From Planctomycetota bacterium (GTDB lineage: Bacteria > Planctomycetota > SZUA-567 > H5-PLA8): a DNA stretch of 35,047 nt. The stretch is from NCBI GenBank assembly GCA_045863855.1, contig BTVV01000060.1, positions 1 through 35,047 on the forward strand, given 5' to 3'. The notes below the pieces were generated by a model. It was not told the DNA's origin and did not search any database. It saw only the letters and a program-made list of their open reading frames with translations. Below, in pieces: positions 34,785 through 35,047 of this stretch. The first letter of the stretch is position 1. Each line of letters opens with the position of its first letter. The position numbers were made by a program, and so were the translations under genes.

Positions 34785-35047
34785 ATGTTCAATCTGTTCG
34801 CCAAGGCCAAGCCGGAAGATGCCGCTTCGGCGTCCCAAACGCTCGATGCAGAAGCTTCGCCCAACCGTGTACTGAGGCGCAGTTGCCCGCCCATACCGGG
34901 CCCGGTCAATGCTCATGAAGAACGCTTGGCGCAGCGGGTCGGGACGTTGGTGGACGATTGCGAGAACTTGATTCAATCGCCGCAGTTCGACTTGCCGACG
35001 CTGCCGTCTTCGGCGCTAAAGCTGATGGATTGCCTGCAAGACGCGAG
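34785..35047 (+). CDS. Probable HDOD-domain protein, truncated by the window edge
   Basis: Not in the ORF track (no stop codon). ATG 34785 follows GGAGAG and reads MFNLFAKAKP...FDLPTLPSSALKLMDCLQDA; LPTLP..ALKL is the typical HDOD opening. Confidence 0.7.
   Translation, partial: MFNLFAKAKPEDAASASQTLDAEASPNRVLRRSCPPIPGPVNAHEERLAQRVGTLVDDCENLIQSPQFDLPTLPSSALKLMDCLQDA

Noticed and set aside
34118..34976. ORFs 34118..34909(-), 34241..34618(+), 34624..34875(+), 34764..34976(-)
   Set aside because: They run across promoter elements or overlap the better-supported CxCG and HDOD genes.
1..35047. CRISPR array, tRNA/rRNA or c-di-GMP riboswitch
   Set aside because: No regularly spaced repeats or recognisable RNA-gene motifs seen by eye; an Infernal/Rfam scan of the gaps would be needed to exclude ncRNAs.

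Overview
A near-complete, high-GC flagellar basal-body/hook/motor/export cluster on the + strand. Order: sigma54 bEBP, two TPR proteins, PAS kinase, second bEBP, flgBC-fliEFGHIJ-motE(ylxF)-fliK-flgD-flgE-motAB-fliL-fliM-[REC::fliN]-fliOPQR-flhBA-flhF-flhG-orf-fliA, a second FliK-like gene, a FlhB-C-like gene and a PilZ gene. It is flanked on the left by a probable IS3-family end and on the right by a divergent sigma54 promoter pair driving a small CxCG protein and a truncated HDOD protein. The gene order is Bacillus/spirochete-like, but control appears to be sigma54-based (six good -24/-12 boxes and a recurring GGCA-N5-TGCC palindrome) and the stators are E. coli-type. Most unusual points: (i) FliN is fused to an intact NtrC-type receiver domain, with a strong internal RBS/ATG that could also give free FliN; (ii) MotB keeps its proton-binding Asp but has lost both canonical peptidoglycan-binding residues, while two envelope-anchored TPR proteins are encoded in the cluster; (iii) FlhF GTPase motifs and the FlhG activator motif look degenerate together. 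Flagellin, flgFG, P/L-ring and che genes are not in the window. All family calls come from motif recognition by eye; no database searches were run.
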